Source: Endomicrobiales bacterium
GTDB lineage: Bacteria > Elusimicrobiota > Endomicrobiia > Endomicrobiales > CAWCFT01
Length of the DNA: 64,000 nt
Assembly (NCBI GenBank): GCA_963794945.1
Contig: CAWCFT010000011.1
Location: 98,474-162,473, forward strand
Direction: 5' to 3'
The notes under the pieces: model-generated
What the model saw: the letters and a program-made list of their open reading frames with translations, nothing else
Database searches by the model: none
What the model was told of the DNA's origin: nothing
Made by a program: the position numbers and the translations under genes
Part shown: in pieces, positions 31,453 through 43,207 of the stretch
Position numbering within the stretch: position 1 is the stretch's first letter
Layout: every line of letters starts with the position of its first letter

Positions 31453-32667
31453 TCATTTTACCGAATGTATCACAATACCACTCGCGACCTTTGGATAGAA
31501 GTAAGTCGACTTCTGCGGCATGGTCTGGTCGGCAAGCGCTATCTCTTTTACGGCCTCTATAGGCGTCGAAGGGACCATCACTGCCAGGCATTTCCATTTG
31601 CCGGCAAGCGACAGCGCCTCTTTCTCGCTTTTAACATAAGTTATCTTATCGGGCGGGACATCGTTTAGGAGCAAACTGTGCAGCATGCTTACGCCAAGGT
31701 CCCTGTATGCCTTGCACTTATCCGGCATATTAGCCTTAAGGGCATTTATATCTTTGAGAACAAGCGTTCTCATTTTACCTTTCTTCCAGACCTTGAGAGG
31801 CTGCGGAGATCTGCCAGAATATTTGCTGAAGTCTTTCCCAGGTAGCACCCTGAAATATTTTTCTATTTTTGCCTCGAACTCCGGGGTCTCTTCTACTACC
31901 CTGTGCGTAGGCCATATCGACAGGCCCGGGTCTTCCATGGGGCAGAGGTATATCATGACAAAATTGTATTCTTTATCAGCAGAGAATTTCTTGTCTTTGC
32001 TCTTCATGGCGCGGGAGTAGTTCCACGCGGTCTCGTAGCGATGGTGCCCGTCAGCAATAAATATCTTCAAACTTTTCAGCTCTTTGCAGACCGTGGATAC
32101 TATTTTGGGGTCGTTTACCGACCAGAGCTTGTGCCGTGTGCCTTCGGCGTCAACTGCGAAAGAATCGCACAGTGTCTTTGAAATCTTTCTGCATAAGTTC
32201 AAAGTCCTTTTACCCTTATCGTTAAATAGCCCGAATATAGGGCTTAGGTTAGCCTTGACGGCCTTAAGGAGTTTCATGCGGTCTTCCTTAGGTTTTGCGA
32301 GCGTCCTCTCGTGAGGTTTTACAACCCCGCCGTGAGGGTCTTCAAGTTTAAGCGCCGCGAAAAAACCGCGACGCAGCATCTTCCTGCCATGGTCTTTGAA
32401 GTGCTGCTCGTAAAAATAAAGGGATGGGCTTCCTTCCAGGACCAGAACACCCTTTTTCATCCATTCGGAAAAAAGACGGGACGAGTTGGCGTATTTGGAC
32501 AGCCCCTGCTCCTCATCCGGCAATTCGAGTCTAACCATATTGTTCGCGGAGAGTTTCTTAAGATTTTCCTTTTCTTCTTTGCCTATGATGTCGTAAGGCG
32601 GACAAATAAGTTTTGTGATATTAGCGGTGTCGTACCTGATACCCGAAAAGGGTTTGATCTGAGCCAT
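31453..32667 (-). CDS. DUF1015 family protein
   Basis: IKPFSG, PPYDII, PHERT, IADGHHRYETA, MPQKSTYFYPK. Confidence 0.92.
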   Translation of the reverse strand: MAQIKPFSGIRYDTANITKLICPPYDIIGKEEKENLKKLSANNMVRLELPDEEQGLSKYANSSRLFSEWMKKGVLVLEGSPSLYFYEQHFKDHGRKMLRRGFFAALKLEDPHGGVVKPHERTLAKPKEDRMKLLKAVKANLSPIFGLFNDKGKRTLNLCRKISKTLCDSFAVDAEGTRHKLWSVNDPKIVSTVCKELKSLKIFIADGHHRYETAWNYSRAMKSKDKKFSADKEYNFVMIYLCPMEDPGLSIWPTHRVVEETPEFEAKIEKYFRVLPGKDFSKYSGRSPQPLKVWKKGKMRTLVLKDINALKANMPDKCKAYRDLGVSMLHSLLLNDVPPDKITYVKSEKEALSLAGKWKCLAVMVPSTPIEAVKEIALADQTMPQKSTYFYPKVASGIVIHSVK

Positions 32668-32723
32668 TATTATTACCTTCCGTTTAAGTGAGCGGTGCCA
32701 CGACTTCTATTATTAATTTGAGT

Positions 32724-32775
32724 ATTCTATCAAAATAGAGCGTAAATTGTCAAAAACAAAAAAATCTGATAGAAT
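32724..32775. promoter_or_regulatory. Back-to-back divergent sigma70 promoters sharing the -35 region
   Basis: Plus: TTGTCA (32747)-17-TAGAAT (32770). Minus: TTGACA (32753)-18-TAGAAT (32729). Confidence 0.6.
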
Positions 32776-32781
32776 TATCGC

Positions 32782-33950
32782 ATGTTTAATTTCAATTTGA
32801 AAAATCCAACTGTTTCATTTATATTCGTGGTATTTCTGCTGTTATTTTCCTGTGCCAAACCACACGAGGCCCAGAAAAGGAACAACATATTTACGCTAAA
32901 CCAGGGCGACACTCTGGGAGAAAGCCTGGCTGAAACCGGGCTCGGAGCCGCTTACCGAGAGCAGATAATTGCGGGCCTTTCTAAAGTCATGCCCATGAAC
33001 AAGTGCCGGCCAGGGGACAGGTACGAGATAGATTTCTCGAGTTCCGACAGCTACACTACGTTCAAATACTTTACTTCAGGGCTTGATTACTATTCGGTAG
33101 TGAACGCTTCAGGGGCAGCGATAGCGGAGAAGAAGACGAAGAACGCAACTAAAGTGACCGCAGAAGCTAAAGGCGTTATAAAAACATCGCTATGGGAATC
33201 GATGCGGGCGCAGAACGTGAACCCGGAAATCATCGTAAATTTCGCGGACATATTCGCCTGGCAGATAGATTTCCTTACGGAACCCAGAGTAGGCGATACC
33301 TATCGCTTCATTTACGAAAAATATGTCACGGATGACGGGCAAACCAGGTATGGCGATATACTCGCGGCGCAGTACAACGCATCTGGACAGATATACACAG
33401 CTCTCCTTTACACAAACTCTAAGGGCAGGAAGGATTATTATTCTCCAGATGGAAAATCGCTTGAAAGCGCTTTTTTAAAGGCTCCTCTACAGTTCAGGAG
33501 GATAAGCTCTTACTTCACCTTGAAACGCTATCACCCCATACTAAAAGTTTTCAGGCCGCACCTTGGGATTGATTACCCGCCCCTTCGGGAACGCCGGTCT
33601 CGGCAATTGGGGAAGGCACTGTAATGTTCGCCGGGCGAAAGGGCGGGTTCGGAAATTTCATAGAACTTCGCCACTCCAACGGTTATAACTCCTACTACGG
33701 GCATCTCCAACGTTTCGGCAGCGGTATCGAGCGCGGTAGACACGTGCGACAGGGACAGCTCATAGGCTACGTGGGCATGTCGGGGCTGGCCACCGGGCCG
33801 CATCTCGATTTCAGGGTCAGCAAAGAAGGAAAATTCATTAATTTTTTAACACTTAAATTCCCTTCAGCTAACCGAATAACTGAGAATGAAAAACAGGCGT
33901 TCTTGGATTTTAAAAAGAATATTTTCACCAGACTTGCACAAATCCGTTGA
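32782..33950 (+). CDS. M23 family murein DD-endopeptidase (MepM-like), probable lipoprotein; frameshift near 33577
   Basis: LFSC lipobox, Csd3-like domain, FLKAPL, RYHPIL, HLGID, YGHL, ATGPHLDF. Confidence 0.9.
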
Positions 33951-34045
33951 TTTTTCACTAAAAATACGCTAATTAGTATTTATTGAGAGCTTTATTAAAA
34001 ACCTGCCTGGGTGACAGGTATTTTTAAAACTAATCCCAGCTACAT

Positions 34046-36203
34046 ATGAGATTAAAACTCTTCGCGAAATTCGTGATACTGCTGGTCCTTCTCGCGGTCA
34101 TACCGGCCGCGATAGTCGGCCTGCGTACCATCAAAATTAACCAGGAAGGCATGCAGGCCGCCATTCTTGAGCTTCACACCAATACAGCTACATACCTCGC
34201 CGCTGACATAGAAAAATTCTTAAAGAGCCTCGAGCGTGAGATTCAGTACATACTGCGCACCCTTTCGGCAGAGATGACATGGACCGACAGGCAGGCCGTT
34301 CTGCAAGCCCTGCTCGATACCAACGAGAACTTTGTTTCGGTCTCGATAGTTGACAAAAAAGGCGCCGAACTGCTAAAAGCATACAACCCCAACCTTGAAA
34401 AAAACCCCAGGCTTGCCTCTAAGGATGAAGACCCGACCTTTATAAATTTCTGGAAAAATCCGAAGACGTCCAGCATCAGCCAGATATATTTCAACGGTGA
34501 CGAGCCGCGGATAAATGTAATTTACCCACTTGGCGACACCCACTGCCTTTACGCGACCATTACACTTAAAACGCTTTGGGATGAGATCACACAGACAAGG
34601 ATCGCTTCAACTGGCTATGCTTTCCTTGTCAATGATAAAGGCGAAATAATAGCGCATAGGGATATCACTCTGGCTAAGAACAAATATTCCGCCGTGAACC
34701 TTCCGATTGTGCAGCAGGTTTTGAAAGCGCTCTCAACCGGTTCCAGCGAATACTTCAACCCGGAGACTAAAAAAGTAATGGTGGGAGCTTACGCGCCGGT
34801 CAAAGGGCTGAACTGGGGAGTGATCATTCAGCAAGACAAGCATGAGGCCTATGTTTCGGTTTACAGGATGCAGGAGCAGGCGCTGGTGCTGATACTTATC
34901 AGCATAGGAGCGGCGACGCTTCTTGCTCTCTCTATAGCCCGGGGGCTGACGCTTCCAATTGTCAGGATAACAGAAGCGGCAAAACGCATAGCGGCAAAAG
35001 ATTTCTCACAGAGAGTCGTTGTTAATACCAAAGACGAGCTCCAGGACCTGGCCGAGACGTTCAATGAAATGACATCTGAACTCGACCGCTACAACAAGAT
35101 GCAGGTGGACAAGCTTATAGAAGAAAAGACAAAAACAGAAGCCGTGATATTCTCGATACCGGACGGCATCCTTATGACGGATAAGGAAGGCAAGGTACAG
35201 CTCGCCAATAAGCTGGCGAAGGACGTACTTGGCTTTGGGGATTCAGATTTCCAAAACCTTGAGCTTTCTGGATCTGGTCAAAAACCAGACTATCAGAGAC
35301 GCCCTGGGCGGCCTTCTGGATAAGAACTTCCAGGACATAGACAACGAGAAAGAAGTTGATTTATCAAGTAAAGATTTGATACGCTATTATCTACTCAAAA
35401 CGGAAGAGGTCATATCACCGCAGAACAACGAAAAGATCGGGTTTGTAACAGTGCTCAGGAATATCACGCTGGAAAAGGAACTGAGCCGCATGAAGGATGA
35501 CTTCCTTCATTCCATAACGCATGACCTGCGCAACCCGATGACCTCTATCCGAGGATTCCTGAAGTTCCTGCAGGACGGTGTCGCGGGGCCGGTAACGGCA
35601 CAGCAGAAAAAAATGCTCGGCGTCATGGACCACGCATCGCTGAAGCTACTGGCATTGATAAATGATATACTTGATATCGCTAAACTTGAGTCCGGCAGGA
35701 TGACGATCAATCTGCTCGACTGCGATCTGAAAGCCGCGGCGATGCGATCCATCGAGATATCCGAAGGGCTCGCGCTTAAGAAGTCTATAACGATCAAAGC
35801 GGAGAGCGACGAAAGTTTCCCGAAGATAAAGTGCGATCCGGAACTCATGGAAAGAGTTTTTACTAATTTATTGGGTAATGCTTTGAAATTCACGCCTGAG
35901 AATGGGAGCGTAACGGTACGCCTTAAGGATATGCCGGGCCGTGTCGAGGTATCGGTTGAAGATAACGGCGAAGGTATTCCTCCGGAATATGTCGAGCGGA
36001 TATTCGACAAATTCCAGCAGGTGGCAGGCCAGCGAAAGGGCGGCACTGGCCTTGGCCTAACGATATGCAAGCATATAATTGAAGCTCATATGGGCAGGAT
36101 CTGGGCTGAGTCCAAGATGGGAGAAGGAGCAAAGTTCATTTTCTCGATACCAAAAAACCTGACGCTCCAGAGCCTTATGATACCGTCGACAAAGAAGAAC
36201 TAA
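34046..36203 (+). CDS. Cache-HAMP-PAS sensor histidine kinase; frameshift near 35260
   Basis: Cache domain, HAMP (DELQDLAETFNEM), H-box ITHDLRNPM, NALKF, GTGLGL. Confidence 0.88.
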
Positions 36204-37713
36204 TGAAAAAACTATTTTTTAGTCTAAGAACATTCCCGATGCTTCTAGCAATAGCGCTGCTGCTGTGCGCTAACATATCGGCTGAAGTGCTGCAGGAGAT
36301 CACCGTCAAAGAGGGCGACACGCTCTGGAGCGTGGCGAATTTTTACCTCAAAACCCGAGCGCTGGCCTGAGATACTTAAATACAACCAGCTCCCGTCTTC
36401 CGATCTCAACGTCATCCTCCCCGGGATGAAACTGCGCATACCCATACTTCTAATAAAGGAAAAATTGAGGGCCGCGCACCTGATTTTCATTTCCAACGAC
36501 GTCCGTTTCAGGCGCAAATCAGAAGCCGAGTGGAAACAACCATGGCTGGACATGGAGCTTTATAACGAGGATGGCCTGAGAACGCTGCAGCAGTCGAAAG
36601 CCAAGGTCAAATTCCCCTCCGGCGAGATACTCAACATGGACGAGAACTCGCTTATAATACTGAAGCCCGAAAAGAAGCAGGAAGAGATAGACCTCCTCTC
36701 TGGAGGCGTCCGGGCGTCGAGAACAAAGATACTTACCAGTTCATCGATTATCGACCCAAAGATCGAGGCTAAGGGCCCGTCACCGGATTTTAAAACAAGG
36801 ATAAAAGAGGACAAGACGACTTTAGTAGAAGTTTATGAAGGCATAGTCGACGTAACAGCCCAGGGCAAGACCGTAACGCTGACAAAAGGCTTCGGAACGG
36901 AAGTGAAGTTCCGGCAGCCCCCTTCATTGCCTACGATACTCCCCCCTGCCCCGAGCATGTCAACCGACATGAAGGGAGTGAAGAACTCTACGGACGTTAA
37001 ACAGCCGACCGAAAAAAGCAATTTACAATTCTTTTCAGATGGACATCGATATCCCAAAAGCACCGACACCCGTGTACTCTGGCATATCAGGCGGGAAAGA
37101 CGAGCGCAATCGAAGGTTCTCGGCAAGATGGTCAACAAATACCATGTCCAGATATCGACTTCGTATGAATTCACCAACATAATATTGGATGAGGTAAAAC
37201 CGATCGCTGACAAGGTAAACTTCGACCTTAAAAAAGAAAAACTCGGAGACGGCGTGTACTATTATCATTACGCCTATGTAGATGATCTTGGTTTTGAAGG
37301 GCAGTATTCACGCCCCACACAATTCACAATAGACACTATCCCCCCGCCGCTTACGATCGACACGCCAAAAGACGGCGATCAGTTCGACACCGAATTCGTA
37401 AATATTGAAGGCACTACCGAGCCAAACACATCGGTCAAAGTAAATGACAAGAGCATAACTTCGAGACGACAATGGCAAGTTCGTTTCGGCTATAATGCCT
37501 GCCAAGGGCAAGAACCTCATCACAATTTATGCCCAGGATCTAGCAGGCAACGTAACAAAAAAAGAGATCGTGATCGAGAAAGTAAAAACCGCGAAGAAGA
37601 AGTCAGAGGTCTCAAGCGAGGTAAAAGATAAAAGTTTTTCACTCCTGTCATTATCCCTCGGCACACTGACCATTGTTGTGATTATCGGCGTTATCCTTAT
37701 ATTCGTGAAATAG
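36203..37713 (+). CDS. LysM-FecR-Ig domain exported protein with C-terminal TM anchor; at least two frameshifts (~36352, ~37460)
   Basis: ATG overlaps the kinase stop; signal peptide, LysM TVKEGDTLWSVA...WPEILKYN, FecR-like (TLVEVYEGIVDV...GFGT), Ig-like (DTIPP...GTTEP...AQDLAGN), terminal hydrophobic helix. Confidence 0.75.
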
Positions 37714-37758
37714 CATCTGCTCTCCATTCCACCACAAATATGCCTCCGTTTAAAATAA

Positions 37759-37796
37759 AAAATCCCAAAAGCATTGATCTCTCTTTCGGGATTTTA
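37759..37796. terminator. Probable bidirectional terminator
   Basis: AAAATCCCAAAAG...CTTTCGGGATTTT between convergent genes. Confidence 0.55.
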
Positions 37797-37825
37797 ACGG
37801 CATGATTTAAATTGTTACGATTTTT

Positions 37826-38742
37826 TTAGCCTATTTCAAAGCTGCTCCCTTCCTTAAGCTTTGCTTTTTTCAGCATATCTTTCGCCTGCTCAACTACCTG
37901 TGAATAATGTTTATATTTATCTTTTTCTACATTAGCGGCGCCAAGAGAAACTGACATCAGCGGGTATTTTACTTCCTGCCTCTGTCTGTTCACTCCCATC
38001 ATATAACCCATTGACCTGGTTTCCTCATCGTACTGTTGGGGTATCATATCGTCGAAGTACTTTATCACTAAATTCGTGAAATCGTTTACCTTGTCCGGAG
38101 TGGTCACGATTATAAAATCGTCTCCACCTATATTGCCCAGGAAATCGTTCCTGTTGCCGACAGCCGCGGCGCTGCCCTGATAATAGTTGCGGCTAGCCTT
38201 ATTACGTTATCGCCTTTTTCAAAGCCGTATTTATCGTTGTAAGCCTTAAAATGGTCTATATCCATGTAGATAACAGAAAAGGTGTTTCCTTCCTCAAGGC
38301 GCCGCCTTATCTCGGCCTCGATAGTCACGTTGCCGGGAAGGCCGGTAAGCGGATTTGCGGATAGCGATTCTTTCGTTCTTTTTAGAAGGCCTTCTATCCT
38401 GGCCACGATCTCGTACGGCTCAAACGGTTTTTCGATATAGTCATCGGCCCCGAGCTTGATGCCGGTCAGCCTGTCTTTTGTCTTTGAAAACGATGTCAGC
38501 ATTATGACGGGTATGAGGCACGTCGAGCCGTCCTCGCGTATCTTCTCGCACACTTCATACCCCGTTAGCCTTGGCATATTGACGTCAAGCAGTACTATAT
38601 CGGGATGTTCTTCCCTGACTAGCGTCAAAGCTTCTTCCCCATCGGACGCAGTTATAACCGAAAAGTCTTCCTGCTCAAGGGTGAACTTTAGCAGCTCCAT
38701 TATTTCAAGATCGTCATCCGCTACAAGGATTTTCGCTGACAT
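37826..38742 (-). CDS. Response regulator diguanylate cyclase (REC-GGDEF, GGDDF variant); frameshift near 38170
   Basis: REC domain; ANPLTGLPGN, DIDHFKAYNDKYG; the shifted frame gives FLGNIGGDDFII. Confidence 0.88.
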
Positions 38743-38826
38743 TATCGGTTCCTTCCTCTCTTCGTCTTTGTCACAAAATGAACATCCGCTCAGCAAACTG
38801 TACGGTATCAGATGTATTTGTTATAC

Positions 38827-38929
38827 TTCCTCTCTCTTGATGGGAGAGGATTGAGGTGAGGGTGAGTTTGCAAATAAAGCTTTTATTCAGCCCCCTCATC
38901 CTGCCCTTCTCCCACCATGGGAGAAGGAA
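38827..38929. repeat. CCCTCACC/CTCTCCC-GGGAGAG double-hairpin REP-like element
   Basis: Two hairpins in inverted arrangement; reverse complement is homologous to 62852-62984. Confidence 0.75.
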
Positions 38930-38934
38930 TATTG

Positions 38935-38971
38935 GGTAACCGCTCTGCAAGCAGGGCGGAATAGTCAAGTT
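38935..38971 (-). mobile_element. Orphan IS200-like end
   Basis: GGTAACCGCTCTGCAAGCAGGGCGGAATAGTCAAGTT aligns with the IS end GGTAACCCCGCAGCAAGACTGCGGGGAATGGTCAAGTT (12008-12045). Confidence 0.65.
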
Positions 38972-38974
38972 AAA

Positions 38975-39641
38975 TCATGAATTTGCTATTTCGCTGACCT
39001 TTTGGAGAAAAATATCGTTCTTAAAAGGCTTCACTATATAATCTTCAGCCCCGCAGGCAGCCCCGAGGTTCTGGTCCCAGTCGCTGCTGCGCCCTGAGAC
39101 TATTAACACTTTCGGCTTTGGATCGAAAGCGTGATCCTCGTTCATTGTTCTGGCATATATGAAAACCATCTATAAGCGGCAGCATAATATCCAGTACCAG
39201 CAGGTGAGGGTGCCAGGTCTTTATCTCTTTGAGCGTCGCGACACCGTCATGCGTCGCCTTGACCACAAAACCCGCGGTCGTTAGTATCATCGACATGACA
39301 TCCGACATCTGCCTGTCGTCTTCAGCGATAAGCACTTTTTTGGGTGCCAGCAGCGCCTTCAGCCTAGCGAGGACGGCATCCGCATTCCCCGACTGGTCCG
39401 GGGTGATCTTTATGACAGGGATATTACTGGTTTTTTTGTTGTTCTTAATACCGTTTATGAACACCTCAGGAGGGGTCTCGGTCCTGTCAAGCACTATGAT
39501 GTCGGGATGCCCGGACTCCGCCCTGCCCAGAGCTTCTGAAGCGGAAAGCGCCACATCGAACGCGAACCCGTTCGCCGTCATGGTCTTTTCCCAGTTGGAA
39601 ACGTATTTATGCTCGTTAGTAACGTATAGAACTTTTTTCAT
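38975..39641 (-). CDS. Tandem receiver-domain protein; frameshift near 39150
   Basis: Degenerate REC1 plus REC2 (VLIAEDD, LVLDIMLP, DYIVKPF). Confidence 0.8.
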
Positions 39642-39685
39642 GCCTTCTCCCTGCACCGCTCAATGACTGACATATCTTCCACAAC

Positions 39686-41314
39686 CTATTTATTATTCCC
39701 CTGATTGTGCAGCTGTGCCCTGACAGCCGGCAGTTGTGGCGCCGTTATACCGAGCAACCACTTTCGAGTGTCATCGTCTTTGGCGATAAAATCGTTTACA
39801 TCGTAGCCGGGTGTCTTGTCGCGTGCAGTAGCCGTAATAACCTGATACCCCCAAAGCAGCGGGTTTCCGCGAAGCATGCTTCTTGGTATTTCGAGCTCCC
39901 ACGGCATCTGCATGTTGAATTGTTTGATCATTACGGGATCGAACCTGCCCGCGCGGTAAAGCAAAGCTTTGTCCTTATCGATCCTCAGCGCGTATTCCCA
40001 GGCATCTGCCTCTTCAAGAAAACAATCCAAACCCGGCAGTAGTTTGGTCAGGCCCGCCCCCACCTGATTATTGAGGTCCATATAGATATCAACGATCAAA
40101 GGGCCGTGAGGCACAGATGTATCAAGATCAACGAAATACGTCACCGTATCGGTAGTGACCGTAACAACGAACTGGGTAATGTTCTTGGTAGGCCTCGTAG
40201 ATTCCGAATTAATTACAACCAGGCTCTGTGTTGAAAGTTCAAGCGAGAAAGGCCTGAGCTGCTGTATGCTCGGCAGAGACATTATGCTTGCGTCTACGGG
40301 TAGGTTCAATATTGCGTAGATAGCGGAAACCTTTTTCTGGAACGCCTCAACATTTTCCTTGCTTGGCGACTTTTTGAGGCTCTCAATAAGCTTGTAGCTG
40401 TAAAGCGGGTACAATTGCTCGCGCAATTTTTCGAGAGTCTCGAGCTTAGCGGAGCCCGAGTTCTTATAATTTTCAATGGTTTTCCGCACGACTCCCAGTT
40501 CGTACCACACGAGCGGCAGGCGCGTCAACGAGTTCACGTCGGATTCTACAGGTTTGTCACCCAAGTCCTGCACTTTATCTTTGTATTTCGAAAGGACTAT
40601 CTCCGGAGTCACCGTCCTTACAGAAGAGCTTTGCCTTATATATACGGCGAGCTCGTTCATGAAATCCCCGTCAAGCCCGTTTGTGTCCCCAAGGTCTATA
40701 ACAACGAACTGCTCTGGCCTTGAATTTATCCATTTCCAGCATTCGGCGGCTCCGGAAAAACTTTTCTTTTTCGCGCAAAGCACCAGGAACCCGTCCTTAA
40801 TGAATGCTCCGTGCATATTCCCGCTTTCATCGGCAAAGTTGGTCCAATAAACGCCAAGCTTCTTTAAGCCGGGGATAAGTTTATCGGAAAAAACACCGGA
40901 GCGAAGGTATATCCCTTTCATCTGCGCCTGCGTATTGTCGGCAAACTCTTCTTTAGCGCGCACGACCATATCCCACACATCTTCGGGCCACGAGAAATTG
41001 ATAGCCACCGGAGTGCTTATTACCGTGTTATAGATAAGCGGCATGACGGGCTCGTCTTCGAACGACAAGGCAAGCTCTGCCCTCTTTTCCTTTACCAGCT
41101 GCCTCATCTCTTCAGGAAGCTTCAACCCGCTGTGCCAGGCGAACGTTACCTTCAGATCCTGGTTCGCCGCGACCGCCTTTATAATTTCTTTAGGCGGCGG
41201 ATTCTTGCCCCAATCCGCGAGCAAGATGACATACTTCTTCTCCGGCGGTTGTTCCGCATAGGACACGACCGCGAGTAATACCGAGATAATGATAAACCCA
41301 AAATATCTATGCAT
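39686..41314 (-). CDS. Secreted degenerate GH57-like protein with C-terminal glucodextranase-type DOMON-like domain
   Basis: EPVMPLIYNT, FSWPED and KGIYLRSG echo GH57 HPILPL, WPED and GxWPSE; DIYMD...GAGLTKLLPG...AWEYALRI is DOMON-like. Confidence 0.55.
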   Translation of the reverse strand: MHRYFGFIIISVLLAVVSYAEQPPEKKYVILLADWGKNPPPKEIIKAVAANQDLKVTFAWHSGLKLPEEMRQLVKEKRAELALSFEDEPVMPLIYNTVISTPVAINFSWPEDVWDMVVRAKEEFADNTQAQMKGIYLRSGVFSDKLIPGLKKLGVYWTNFADESGNMHGAFIKDGFLVLCAKKKSFSGAAECWKWINSRPEQFVVIDLGDTNGLDGDFMNELAVYIRQSSSVRTVTPEIVLSKYKDKVQDLGDKPVESDVNSLTRLPLVWYELGVVRKTIENYKNSGSAKLETLEKLREQLYPLYSYKLIESLKKSPSKENVEAFQKKVSAIYAILNLPVDASIMSLPSIQQLRPFSLELSTQSLVVINSESTRPTKNITQFVVTVTTDTVTYFVDLDTSVPHGPLIVDIYMDLNNQVGAGLTKLLPGLDCFLEEADAWEYALRIDKDKALLYRAGRFDPVMIKQFNMQMPWELEIPRSMLRGNPLLWGYQVITATARDKTPGYDVNDFIAKDDDTRKWLLGITAPQLPAVRAQLHNQGNNK

Positions 41315-41384
41315 ATGATTAGAATTATAACAAATTTTAAGACAGGTTCAAAGGTTCAACAATAGACTGTTAACCATCAGGCTA

Positions 41385-43108
41385 CTATATTGGCAAAGTA
41401 AATATGAACGAACTGCCTTTATTCAGTTCGCTTTCAACGCGGATTTTGCCGCCGTGCGTCTCGACTACCATTCTGCAGAATGTAAGGCCGAGCCCGGCTC
41501 CGGTGCGCAGCGCGCTTTTCGCCGCTCAACCTGTACGAATTTTTCAAATATCTTTTCGAGGTATTCAGGCGGTATCCCCGCCCCGTCATCCGACACCCTG
41601 ATTTCAACTAGATCGCCAAGCCTCTTAACACTTAAGACAATCTTTCCTCCGCTGGAAGTGTGATGAACGGCGTTCGAGATGAGATTATTAAGCACCCTTT
41701 CTATAAGGTGTTTTTCGGCTGTTACTTCGATCATCCCTTCTTTCACGTCTATATCCATGCACTTCTGCTCGTTTCTGACCAGTGTTTCAAACTGCAATTG
41801 CCTCTCCTGCACAAGCGCGGTTATATCGAACTTTTCTTTTCGCAGTTCCAGCTTTCCTTCTTCCATTTTTGCCACATCCAAAAGGTTCTGTATCATATCA
41901 AGCATGCTCTCGCTGGATTTTTTTGCGAGAGTCACTATTTTTTTCTGATCCGGAGATATCTCACCCATCATACCGGATTCAAGGTAGTCGAGGCTCCCCA
42001 TAATACCGCTGAGCGGGCTCTTCAGGTCATGTATTATCATCCGGGTCAGGTCCTGCTTTATATCTTCGAGCCTCTTAAGGGCCTGTGCCATCTTCTCGAA
42101 ATTCTGCGCGAGGGCCTCGATCTCATCCCCGGTCCTTATATCCAGCTTTATGTCCAGCCTGCCCTGGCTTATCTGCCTGGTGCCTGACTCAAGGAGCGAG
42201 AGCGGGCCTATTATCCTTTTAACCAATTGGTAGCCAACGAACAGGAATACTGCGGTCCAGAACAATGTCCAGAAGAATATGCTGTTGTACATACTGCGGA
42301 TAGGGGAGTATACTTCCCTTGCCGGTATCTGCGTGATAACGGCCCAGCCTGGCTTTGGAAGCGCCTGGTAAAGCGCGACCACCTCTTCCCCGCGCTCGTC
42401 TTTGTACCTGCTCCACCTGCTGGGAGAGGGCTCCCTGCCGTTCATAAAGTCTTCAACTACCGGAAGGTTCGAGAAATTGCTGTGCGCAAGCACCCTTTCG
42501 GTTTCCATATGCGCGAGCAGGTTGCCTTTCTTGTCTACCACGAACGCATTGCCGGATTCGCCGATCTTAACTTCCGCTATCCACTCCCACATCTGGCCGA
42601 AATCCAGTTTTGCCGCAAGGGCTCCTTTTCCATTGGACAGCGGCACGGCAAGCGTTATATAAGGCTGGCGTTTACTTGAGAAATATACCTGGCTTATAAA
42701 CAAGTTGCCCTGTGGTATCTTCAAATATTCTCTATGGGGCCTGCCGTAGATATCCCTTGAAAGGCCTTCGATTCTCCTGTATTTCCAAACCTCCATGCCG
42801 CGCTGGTCCACCAGGCTTATCTCGGTAAAAGAATTCCCAAGGAGCAGTATACCTCGCGCGGCATCTATCTGTTTAGAACGCGAAAGACCTGCGATATCCC
42901 TGTTAACAAAAAGGAGCTTCTGGTGGCGGTCTATCTGGGTATTTATCCTGTCGGCAAGCCTCTTTACTATTTCCTGCTGGCGGTAGAATATTGAATCCCT
43001 GAGCGATTTACGGCTTATAGAGGTTAGGACAAATCCGAACAAAAGCGCGGGCAACACGACGGCGAGTATAAATATTGAGATTATTTTATAGCGCAGCGAC
43101 ATTTTCAT
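41385..43108 (-). CDS. Cache-HAMP sensor histidine kinase; frameshift near 41515
   Basis: [22 protein letters not shown]; the shifted frame supplies the GLG box and ends FIFTLPI. Confidence 0.88.
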
Positions 43109-43140
43109 TTTTGGTTTTTATGCCAGTTTTGCTAAAACAG

Positions 43141-43173
43141 ATAAGGCGTCCCTCTGTCGAGAAACGCCTTTAT
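43141..43173 (-). terminator. Probable terminator after Re-citrate synthase
   Basis: AAGGCGT...ACGCCTT stem. Confidence 0.45.
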
Positions 43174-43207
43174 TCCGCTTTAAGCAAATTATTTCTGGCA
43201 TAGTTTT

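Noticed and set aside
37826..38742. GGDDF protein as a Hypr (cGAMP-forming) cyclase
   Set aside because: The specificity position retains Asp (GFEKGD) as in ordinary diguanylate cyclases.
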